The position numbers were made by a program, and so were the translations under genes. Shown piece by piece: positions 18,987-26,373 of a DNA stretch of 37,108 nt. Under the pieces are notes generated by a model. It searched no databases. It was not told where the DNA came from and saw only the letters and a program-made list of their open reading frames with translations. Position 1 is the first letter of the stretch. Every line of letters starts with the position of its first letter. This DNA comes from a virus. Lineage: Duplodnaviria > Caudoviricetes. The DNA lies in IMG/VR virus record IMGVR_UViG_3300020045_016408, positions 1 through 37,108 of that record; one strand, given 5' to 3'.

Positions 18987-21900
18987 ATGTCAAACTTCCT
19001 TGACCGAATCAAAGAAGGATTCGAGAATACCGTCAACAACGTGAAGACCGCTCTTGATCTCGACAAGAACGGTCAGGTTACGTTCACGGAAGTTCTGACA
19101 CCGATCGCGAAAGCCGTGAGTCCATGGAAGGGAATAGAAGAACAGAAAGCCTATCTCGACGAGCAGCAAAAAAAGAACGGAAAGATTACGTTAGGTGATC
19201 GGCTCCGTTCTCGAGCAGTGAACCCGCTTTCTGAGAGTCCCCTCCTCGCTCCATCTGTCCGTCTTCAAGCGAAACTCGGAGAAGAGCTTATTGCGAAACC
19301 TTTCGCAGCGGCAGCAGCATCAACCTTTCTTACAGGAAGCGCTGGACAGCAGGAGTATAAGGGCAGGATCGCTCCTTCCCCTCTTTCGAAGTCCGTCTTC
19401 GGTGGTGTTCTTGCTGGTCAATTGACCGGAGAAGAACCAGGAGAGGCCTACGGTATTCCACAAATGTTCGAACGTGCAAACAAGGGGATGGGGATTATCG
19501 GTGATGTGGCAAAGTTTACTGCTGAGAAAACAGGTCTTCCGATTGGGCTATTCTCTGCGCCGTTGATCGGACTCGGGCTTGGGCTTGACCTCACTCCTAT
19601 CGGAGGTTCGGACAACCTGGCGGCGGCATCTGTAAGGATCGCTGGTACACAGAATCCTGAAGAAGTCTTGAAGATCCTCGATCGAGTTTTCACTGGGTCC
19701 GCTGAGGCCCGACAAGTTCTTGCCAAGCTTCTTGCTCCTATTGAGGATGTGCAGGAGGTCACGAGAATTCTTCGTGAAGCAGAAGCCGCACGCTCAGCAG
19801 CCCCTGCCGTTCGAGAGCTTGTCCGAACAACGACAGGGCTTTCGGACGAAGCGATCGCAGAATCCCGTGCGCTGGCCCGTTCTGGCTTTAGCGATGAGGC
19901 AGTAGCCGTTGCTCGGGGCGCGTCTTCGGCGGATGAGGTGGTTCAAATCGCGGGGTCTCAAGCGGATATTGCGCGCCTTGCTCGCACGAACCTGGCCCGT
20001 ATTGACGCGGGAGAGGACGCTGCGGCTGTTATTCGTGAGACGACCGATCTCTTTACACGAGAGATCGCTGAACGCGCTCGCGGGGTTGTGTCGTTTCAAG
20101 ATACGCTTACAGCAGCGGCTCGGAGTAACCTTACGCCGGAAGAGCTGGCAGTGTTGCCGAAGGGGACGGTGCTTAACGCCGAACAGATGACAGCGGCTCG
20201 TGAGCTCGCAGTCGCTGCCGCTGTCGAAGTCTCTCAAGCGGGACGCCGGTTTATTGACAATCCGACGATAAAAACTCTTGAAGAATTTAAGGCCGCTAAG
20301 GTAGCGAATCTACAACTTCAAGCGGCATCTAAAGCAGCAGGATCTGAGGTTGCTCGTGCTACTGGAGCGCGTCGTATTTCAATTCGTCCATCTACCGCAG
20401 CAGAGGAACGAGTACGTCGGTTCATTGAGATGCAGGGTATTACTCAGCGAGCGACTGGCGAGAAGGGAGAATTCGAAGCTGAACTCGCTTTTGCGAAACT
20501 TCTTCAGAATGTTGGTCCAGACGCGAAGGCTATTCAGAATTTTCTCACAGAGGTTTCGAAACCCAACTGGCTCGATAAAATTGTTGAGTTCTCTGTCGCT
20601 GCAAAGCTTTGGACTCCCACAACCTGGCTTGTGAACGCCGTGAGTAACGCAATGACAGCAGGACTTCGACCGGCAGAGAAGGTGTTCGCGGCGACAGCAG
20701 ACCTCATGATGAACGGATTCACGAAGGGGGCGGAGCGTGAGCGGTTCTTCGGAGAAGCGTTTCATGACTTCTATGGAATGACTGCAGCGTTCAAACTTGG
20801 TGTGCCTGATGCGTTGAGGAAATATATCAATACGCTTTCTTTTGGCCAGTTTGTTAAAACCCTAGAGGATTCTGGTGGAGCTGTAGGAAACTTTATACAC
20901 GCAATTCGGACGGAAGAGGGTATGCAGGCGGCTGGAAAGGGGGCGGAAGTTGCTACGACTTCTGGTGGCGCAATCGGTGGACGAACCGGGAAGGTTGTCC
21001 GTACGCCTTTCCGGATTCTCCAGGCATCTGACCAGTTCTTCCGAACCATGAACCAGACCGCAGAGCTTCATTCTCTTGCGTATCGACAGGTTGTGCAGGA
21101 AGGTTTGAAGGGAGATGCCCGCATTCAGCGTATGGCTGAACTTATTAAAGCTCCATCTGATGAGATGCTGGACGCGGCACAGCTTAAAGCAAATGAGTTC
21201 CTTTTTCAGGAGGAGTTGGGAGGGATCATGAAGAGTGTTGAAGGACTACGTGCGAAACATCCCGCAACGAAGTTCATTGTTCCTTTTCTTAAAACCCCAG
21301 TGAACGTAGCAACGTTTTCGTTTCGTCGCTCCCCGATGGGACTCTTCTCTCCTAAAAACTTTCGGGACATCATGAAAGGTGGAGGGTCTCGCGCAGACGC
21401 GATCGCACGTATCTCTATCGGAACGACTCTCGCAACATACATCACTCTCCTTGCTGGTGAGGGGAAGATCACCGGACCCGCTCCTGAAGATGAGGCTGAG
21501 CGCGACAAGTTCTATCGAGAAGGTAAGCTTCCTTACGCTGTGAAGTTGGGAGATACGTGGGTGCAGTATCAACGTCTCGAACCGATCGCAAGCTTCTTTT
21601 CTCTTGCGGCGAACGTCCAAGATAAGATCTCACGCGGCGCAAAAGAGGAGGAAATTTCTAGTCTTGCTTCAGAACTTATTCTTGGTATCTCGAAACACTA
21701 CGTTGATCAAACCTTTCTTATTGGTCTTTCAGACGCAATGGACGCGGTAACAGAAGGTGGAGTGAGTGCTCAGCGTTTCATGAACGGCCTCGTCACGGGT
21801 CAAATTCCTTCAGCTATCCCATGGATTGCTCGATCTCTGGACCGCACGATTCGCCAGCCGGAGGGACTCCTTGAGACGATTCAGACGAAGATCCCTGGTC

Positions 21901-22430
21901 TCTCTCAGGGAGTACGTGCTCGTTTGGATGTGTTTGGAAACGAAGTAGAGCGCCCTGGTGGCTTCATTCGTGAGACACTTCCTATCAAATACTCCAAGGA
22001 ATCTACCGACAAGGTCGAGTCCGAACTCACACGACTGGGGATCGAGATCAGCTTCCCGAACGAAAACATTACTCGCTCGGGGCATTCGGTTTCTCTGACC
22101 GCCGACGAGCACCATGAGCTGGTCTCCATGACTGGTCGTGTGACTAAAGCGGTGCTTGATAAAGTTGTCAGCACCCCGGCGTGGGAGAAGCTCTCTGATG
22201 ACGATCGCGAGGATGCGATCAACTCTATTATCCAGAAGGTCCGTGAGCCGTTCCAAGATCAACTCTTCTCTGAGGCAGAGACCCGACGTCTCAAGCTCGA
22301 CGTTCCTGATACAGACCTTGCAAACGACATCATCGCCCGTGTGGTGACCTCTGATTCCTACTCCGAGCTCGACGATAAAACGCGCAAGGATTTAATCTTG
22401 CGCGTTCTCGAGAAGGCGAACGTTCAGTAA
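18987..22430 (+). CDS. large internal virion / DNA ejection protein (1147 aa)
   Basis: Ala-rich helical protein with PFRILQASDQFF, FIVPFLKTPVN and GKITG...PYAVKLGDTWVQYQRLEP motifs seen in large podovirus ejection proteins; last gene of the virion block. Confidence 0.75.
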   Translation: MSNFLDRIKEGFENTVNNVKTALDLDKNGQVTFTEVLTPIAKAVSPWKGIEEQKAYLDEQQKKNGKITLGDRLRSRAVNPLSESPLLAPSVRLQAKLGEELIAKPFAAAAASTFLTGSAGQQEYKGRIAPSPLSKSVFGGVLAGQLTGEEPGEAYGIPQMFERANKGMGIIGDVAKFTAEKTGLPIGLFSAPLIGLGLGLDLTPIGGSDNLAAASVRIAGTQNPEEVLKILDRVFTGSAEARQVLAKLLAPIEDVQEVTRILREAEAARSAAPAVRELVRTTTGLSDEAIAESRALARSGFSDEAVAVARGASSADEVVQIAGSQADIARLARTNLARIDAGEDAAAVIRETTDLFTREIAERARGVVSFQDTLTAAARSNLTPEELAVLPKGTVLNAEQMTAARELAVAAAVEVSQAGRRFIDNPTIKTLEEFKAAKVANLQLQAASKAAGSEVARATGARRISIRPSTAAEERVRRFIEMQGITQRATGEKGEFEAELAFAKLLQNVGPDAKAIQNFLTEVSKPNWLDKIVEFSVAAKLWTPTTWLVNAVSNAMTAGLRPAEKVFAATADLMMNGFTKGAERERFFGEAFHDFYGMTAAFKLGVPDALRKYINTLSFGQFVKTLEDSGGAVGNFIHAIRTEEGMQAAGKGAEVATTSGGAIGGRTGKVVRTPFRILQASDQFFRTMNQTAELHSLAYRQVVQEGLKGDARIQRMAELIKAPSDEMLDAAQLKANEFLFQEELGGIMKSVEGLRAKHPATKFIVPFLKTPVNVATFSFRRSPMGLFSPKNFRDIMKGGGSRADAIARISIGTTLATYITLLAGEGKITGPAPEDEAERDKFYREGKLPYAVKLGDTWVQYQRLEPIASFFSLAANVQDKISRGAKEEEISSLASELILGISKHYVDQTFLIGLSDAMDAVTEGGVSAQRFMNGLVTGQIPSAIPWIARSLDRTIRQPEGLLETIQTKIPGLSQGVRARLDVFGNEVERPGGFIRETLPIKYSKESTDKVESELTRLGIEISFPNENITRSGHSVSLTADEHHELVSMTGRVTKAVLDKVVSTPAWEKLSDDDREDAINSIIQKVREPFQDQLFSEAETRRLKLDVPDTDLANDIIARVVTSDSYSELDDKTRKDLILRVLEKANVQ

Positions 22431-22877
22431 CTACTTCGCCTCTTCGTCTGGTACTTCCAGCCGATCGGCGAGCTCGACCGCGTACTTCGCACTCTTCAGG
22501 TTGTCAGCAATCTGTTTCTTGAACGATTTGCGGAGCATGTCGATCTGATCATCACTGAACTCGATTACGCACTCCTCTTCACGGATCTCATTCATGCGGT
22601 CGACGAACGGCTTGGCTTCGGCCTCTGCCGTTTTGTTAAGCGCTTTCTTCTCCTCTTCATCTGTTATCTCCGCATAGCGAGCACGATAGGCCTTCATTGA
22701 GTCGTCGAGCTTCTGCTGCTCCTCCTTCAATCCCGCAAGCTGCTCTTCGCACTTGTCTCCGATCTTCAGGAGAATGCGCATTGTCTTCATGTCGACAACT
22801 TCCTTCGGCGCGATGGTTCCCCCTAAAATGAGAGCAATGTCCTGCGCCATTCCTCGTTTGAGTTTTGCGGTGTACAT
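22431..22877 (-). CDS. hypothetical coiled-coil protein (148 aa)
   Basis: Charged helical ORF downstream of groEL; start set at ATG 22877 to avoid overlapping groEL. Confidence 0.75.
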   Translation of the reverse strand: MYTAKLKRGMAQDIALILGGTIAPKEVVDMKTMRILLKIGDKCEEQLAGLKEEQQKLDDSMKAYRARYAEITDEEEKKALNKTAEAEAKPFVDRMNEIREEECVIEFSDDQIDMLRKSFKKQIADNLKSAKYAVELADRLEVPDEEAK

Positions 22878-22887
22878 ACCGAGTCTA

Positions 22888-24486
22888 TTACTTCTTAGTT
22901 TTCTTATCATCTTCCTTCCGCGGTTCATTCACGATCGCTACCTCGGTACAAAGCACGAGCCCTGCGATTGAGATTGCACTTTGGAGAGCTGTGCGGACGA
23001 CCTTTGTTGGATCAATAATACCCGCAGCAATCATATCATTTTGGTACGTCATCTGACGAGCGTCGAACCCATGTTTTTCCCCTCGGACCACCTCTTCAAC
23101 AACCACGTCTGGCACCCCGTTTGCGTTCTTCACAATCTGGCGCAGAGGTTCCGTGCAGGCGTCATAGACCATCTGTTGTCCCATGACCGGGCATCGTTCA
23201 AAAGGTCGCGCAGCGATGAGTGCGGTCCCGCCACCTGGAACAATCCCTTCCTCAATCGCTGCGCGAGTTGCCTGGATCGCGTCCTCGAGTCGATGATACT
23301 TCTCCTTCATTGCGATCTCTGTTTCAGCCCCGACCTTTAGGATTCCAATCCCGCCTTTCAGGGAAGCGATGCGTCCTTGTAGGCGTTCTTTGTCTGCGGG
23401 CCATGTTACCTTTTCAAGCTGGAGCTCGATCTCCCGGGCCCGCTCCGCGATCTTCTCTTCACTCCCTCCGCCTGAAACAATCGTCGTGTGTTCTGAAGTA
23501 GACGTAATACGTCCTGCGTGACCGACGACGGCGGACGTCGCTTGCTCGAGTTTGAGCCCCGCTTCCTCACTGATCAAGGTCGCCCCTGTGAGGATAGCGA
23601 TATCTTCCAGCTTCTCCTTTTTTCTGTCACCCATTTCAGGTGCCTTGATACAAAGCGCTCGGAGATTCCCTTTACTCCCGTTCAGAATAAAGGTTCCAAG
23701 AACATCCGAAGAGAAGTCGTCAGCAATGATCACGACATCTCGCTTCCCTGTCTCCTTCACAATACTCTCAATTAAAGGAAGGATCTTGTGGATAACGTTC
23801 AAAGGCTCCTCGATTACGACAACAGGAACGTCTAGGAGTTCCGAAACCATCCTCTCCGGATCCGTGACAAACTGTGGCGCGGTGTAGCCGCGGTTGAATC
23901 GCATGCCGGGGACGATCTCAACTTCTACTTCGGCGGAGTTCCCCTTCTCAAGTACAAGGATCCCTGCGTGCCCCACCTTCCCATACGCGTCAGCAACGAT
24001 ACGACCCAGCCCTTCGTCATTGGCAGAGATGCTCGCGATGCGAAACAGATCTTCTTCCGTTCCGACCGGTTGAGATAACTCCTTCAGCTCTTCGGCGATG
24101 TACTCATACGCCTGGTCCATCTCTGCACGGAGGGTCTGTGGGTCGTAACCCATCAACAGTAATTTGCGTCCTTCATGAATGAGCTTCTGTGCCAGGACCG
24201 TCGAGGTGGTGGTTCCATCACCCACGACATCAACAGTCTTCGAAGCGACAGAACGGATGAGCTTTGCGCCCATCTGCTCGAGAGCGTCGGACAGCTCGAT
24301 CGACCGTGCGACCGTGACCCCATCTTTTGTAATCACGTCGTCGCCGAATGGGCGCTCGATAAGCACGAGACGACCTCGTGGACCGAGGGTTACTTTGACG
24401 GCGTCAGCTACCTTATCGATCCCTCGGATAATTCCTGATCGTGCCTCTTCGGAAAAATGGACAAGCTTCGGTTCGAGAGCTGGCAT
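22888..24486 (-). CDS. groEL: group I chaperonin GroEL (532 aa)
   Basis: VTLGPRGR, ITKDGVTVAR, GDGTTT, GMRFNRGY, RLEDAIQATRAAIEEGIVPGGG, GIIDPTKVVRTAL; no GGM tail. Confidence 0.97.
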   Translation of the reverse strand: MPALEPKLVHFSEEARSGIIRGIDKVADAVKVTLGPRGRLVLIERPFGDDVITKDGVTVARSIELSDALEQMGAKLIRSVASKTVDVVGDGTTTSTVLAQKLIHEGRKLLLMGYDPQTLRAEMDQAYEYIAEELKELSQPVGTEEDLFRIASISANDEGLGRIVADAYGKVGHAGILVLEKGNSAEVEVEIVPGMRFNRGYTAPQFVTDPERMVSELLDVPVVVIEEPLNVIHKILPLIESIVKETGKRDVVIIADDFSSDVLGTFILNGSKGNLRALCIKAPEMGDRKKEKLEDIAILTGATLISEEAGLKLEQATSAVVGHAGRITSTSEHTTIVSGGGSEEKIAERAREIELQLEKVTWPADKERLQGRIASLKGGIGILKVGAETEIAMKEKYHRLEDAIQATRAAIEEGIVPGGGTALIAARPFERCPVMGQQMVYDACTEPLRQIVKNANGVPDVVVEEVVRGEKHGFDARQMTYQNDMIAAGIIDPTKVVRTALQSAISIAGLVLCTEVAIVNEPRKEDDKKTKK

Positions 24487-24489
24487 AGT

Positions 24490-24696
24490 TTAAAGAAAGG
24501 TTACCACCGCATTACTCTCTTCGTCGTCGTAAATAAGCCAATGCTTCCCAGAGGCTTCATCAAGTCCGATCGAATCGGGTCGTCTAGGCGCGTTAAGAAA
24601 AATGTGTGTCACTGTCGCTTCGATTTCTTTTTTCCTAAATAGAAATCGGACGACATCCCCCCTGGCAGCGGCTCTGATTTTTTCCCCGATCGTCAT
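24490..24696 (-). CDS. small protein upstream of groEL, possibly divergent GroES-like (68 aa)
   Basis: Ends 3 nt before the groEL start. GDVVRF...GKHWLIYDDEESNAVV loosely resembles the C-terminal half of GroES. The ORF is likely; the family is uncertain. Confidence 0.5.
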   Translation of the reverse strand: MTIGEKIRAAARGDVVRFLFRKKEIEATVTHIFLNAPRRPDSIGLDEASGKHWLIYDDEESNAVVTFL

Positions 24697-24764
24697 ATAT
24701 GATACCATGATCGTTACACCTGTCGCTTTATTTTTTCCACAACGTGGAAGAGAGACAGGTACGA

Positions 24765-24804
24765 GAGGGTCTGTTGGTTATGTACTGACAGGCTTCTTTT
24801 GTTT
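24765..24804 (+). terminator. terminator-like hairpin on the strand opposite to the local genes
   Basis: GGGTCTGTTGGT (24767-24778) pairs with ACTGACAGGCTT (24784-24795) using five G-U pairs that form only on the + strand, then CTTTTGTTT. Confidence 0.45.
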
Positions 24805-25265
24805 GGAACCATGGCTCCGGCTCCGAAGAGAGTGTGATGGCTGTGCCTGAAGCACTGCTTGTCAGATGGGGGAATTGAACCCTATCCATTTACCTGACCC
24901 TTCACGGCCATGCTGACTCATGCCGCTGACAGCCAGCACCATCACACCCTCAAAGAAACCACCCATTGAATGAGCCGTTAAGATAATCCCTCCGGAGAAA
25001 GACCACCTGGCTTTCGCCAACCCTTCAATGGGATAGTTCCTGGATGACAGATATCGGTGGTACTGAATCACCGGGAGCAGTATTACCCGCTCCGAACCAT
25101 ACACGCCCTTGCCGCGCTTATCTAGAAAGCGAAGGAGGAATTATGTATGGGTCGGGCAGTATTACCCGCTCCGATCTCGAATACATCAGCTCAGGATTAA
25201 AGATGGTTGTGAGCTAACCACCAGACCGTTAATGTATCCGAGATCGGAAAGGACAATCACTCCTC
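24800..25265 (-). ncRNA. candidate large structured non-coding RNA (ends approximate)
   Basis: About 600-nt gap in an otherwise tightly packed operon. Helices 25248-25232/25186-25170, 25155-25143/25104-25092, 25040-25024/24970-24955 and 24951-24939/24840-24828, GAAA and C(UCCG)G tetraloops, a T-loop and a pseudoknot. G-U pairs favour the - strand. Confidence 0.75.
25077..25174. repeat. exact 19-nt direct repeat GCAGTATTACCCGCTCCGA (25077-25095 and 25156-25174)
   Basis: Read directly. On the - strand each copy forms a GCGG-GUAAUA-CUGC hairpin. Confidence 0.9.
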
Positions 25266-25309
25266 TACCCTCCACACGCAGCGTACAAAAGCATGGCTAA
25301 AGGCGCATA

Positions 25310-25426
25310 TCATTTGTTCTTTAGAGCTTCATAGCAATCAAAACATACACTCTCTCCTTTGGTAATATATTCTGCCGGTCGACCACAACTGATACACCGA
25401 ATGAACGGCAACGGTGAAGAAGGCAT
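25310..25426 (-). CDS. small CxxC-CxxC zinc-finger protein (38 aa)
   Basis: MPSSPLPFIRCISCGRPAEYITKGESVCFDCYEALKNK; TAA-T-ATG coupling. Confidence 0.6.
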   Translation of the reverse strand: MPSSPLPFIRCISCGRPAEYITKGESVCFDCYEALKNK

Positions 25427-25427
25427 A

Positions 25428-25727
25428 TTATCTGGTGTGGCATCGACAAGTGCAAGAGGGAGCGAGAGGATTAACCGAACACTCACAGCAAATGCGGTAC
25501 TCGTTTTTCGTGTTCGAGACGGTCGGAGTGAGGATGGGGGGAAGAACCTGTCCAGGCGTCGCAATCGTCCCCTCCTCCGGCTTTGATTTCAGTAGCGCGG
25601 AGAGAAGGCCGAGGACGTAGGAGATCGCGATACTAGGTACATTTATTGTTTCGTTTTTCTCTATTAACTCTTTAAGCATATCCACCGCTTCCCCCACGAT
25701 CTCCCGTTCGGATTGAGTGAGGCTCAT
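25428..25727 (-). CDS. hypothetical protein with Cys-rich C-terminus (99 aa)
   Basis: ICCEC...CTCRCH; ATGA overlap with the upstream gene. Confidence 0.65.
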   Translation of the reverse strand: MSLTQSEREIVGEAVDMLKELIEKNETINVPSIAISYVLGLLSALLKSKPEEGTIATPGQVLPPILTPTVSNTKNEYRICCECSVNPLAPSCTCRCHTR

Positions 25728-25897
25728 ACAGACTCCAAAGTGAATGTTTCGCTCGTACCATCTGGGTACGAAACAGTGATTGACCCTTCCGTTACTACTA
25801 GGTTGACTTTTGCGGAGTTTTTTATCTTGGAGAGTACTTTTATAGCCGTATCTCGAATGGTCATCTTTATATTCTCTACTTCAGATTGAGTAGGCAT
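25724..25897 (-). CDS. hypothetical protein (57 aa)
   Basis: Hand translation MPTQSEVENIKMTIRDTAIKVLSKIK...TFTLESV*; coupled at both ends. Confidence 0.6.
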   Translation of the reverse strand: MPTQSEVENIKMTIRDTAIKVLSKIKNSAKVNLVVTEGSITVSYPDGTSETFTLESV

Positions 25898-25898
25898 A

Positions 25899-26057
25899 TC
25901 AAGAATTAAATTGAATCACCTTTAGAAAAACGACCGCCAAAGTGAATCCTAACCCTATTCCAGCCCCAGCCACAATCATGTCTACCGCTCGGTCTAATCT
26001 TTTTAGAAGGGCAATAATAATGTATGTTTCGTGTCTCTTTTTTTTCAGGGTAGGCAT
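25899..26057 (-). CDS. small membrane protein (52 aa)
   Basis: MPTLKKKR...IVAGAGIGLGFTLAVVFL; TGA-T-ATG junctions on both sides. Confidence 0.6.
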   Translation of the reverse strand: MPTLKKKRHETYIIIALLKRLDRAVDMIVAGAGIGLGFTLAVVFLKVIQFNS

Positions 26058-26058
26058 A

Positions 26059-26370
26059 TCATTCAGGCCATGATTCCAAGATCGCGTCACGTTGCGCTCG
26101 CCAGACTTTCGCTTCTGCCGAGTGAGCGCACAGGTTGCAGGTCTTGTCTTTACAGCACTCTTCCATACACCCCATCCCATCAAATCCGTCCATCCCCTTC
26201 ACCTTCTCTCGCGCTTCACGGGCGGCGGTCAGCCTATCATCCATACCGATCAGTGCCGTGATGAGAGCATAGACAACAAGGGAGTTCTTCGCTTGCTCCT
26301 CGTCCTCCGGTTCGTGCTGGACGAAGTGGTACATGAGCGCACTCCTCATTTCTGCGAATGTGTAAGGCAT
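26059..26370 (-). CDS. hypothetical protein with Cys cluster (103 aa)
   Basis: GCMEECCKDKTCNLC; fits the packed operon. Confidence 0.7.
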   Translation of the reverse strand: MPYTFAEMRSALMYHFVQHEPEDEEQAKNSLVVYALITALIGMDDRLTAAREAREKVKGMDGFDGMGCMEECCKDKTCNLCAHSAEAKVWRAQRDAILESWPE

Positions 26371-26373
26371 ACC

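Noticed and set aside
23787-23795. DnaA box inside groEL
   Set aside because: Single copy within coding sequence with no promoter context; probably chance.
24700-24800. CIRCE/HrcA operator upstream of groEL
   Set aside because: TTAGCACTC-N9-GAGTGCTAA is not present.
24860-24931. Functional tRNA-Phe (GAA)
   Set aside because: Acceptor and T-stem mismatches, 6-nt anticodon-like loop and no D-loop GG; kept only as a tRNA-like domain.
25077-25174. CRISPR array
   Set aside because: Only two 19-nt repeats with a 60-nt self-paired interval, and no cas genes in the window.
25133-25217. + strand AGGAGG followed by a 24-aa ORF as a type I toxin
   Set aside because: The peptide (MYGSGSITRSDLEYISSGLKMVVS) is not hydrophobic, SD spacing is short and no promoter is evident.
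24800-25265. Group I/II intron, tmRNA or RNase P RNA
   Set aside because: It does not interrupt a gene, and by eye I found no group II domain V, group I core, tag reading frame or RNase P P4 signature. An Rfam search is needed to exclude these firmly.
24862-25300. ORF-track ORFs 24862-25104 (-) and 25109-25300 (+)
   Set aside because: No recognisable protein features or coupling to neighbours; the sequence is better explained by RNA helices.
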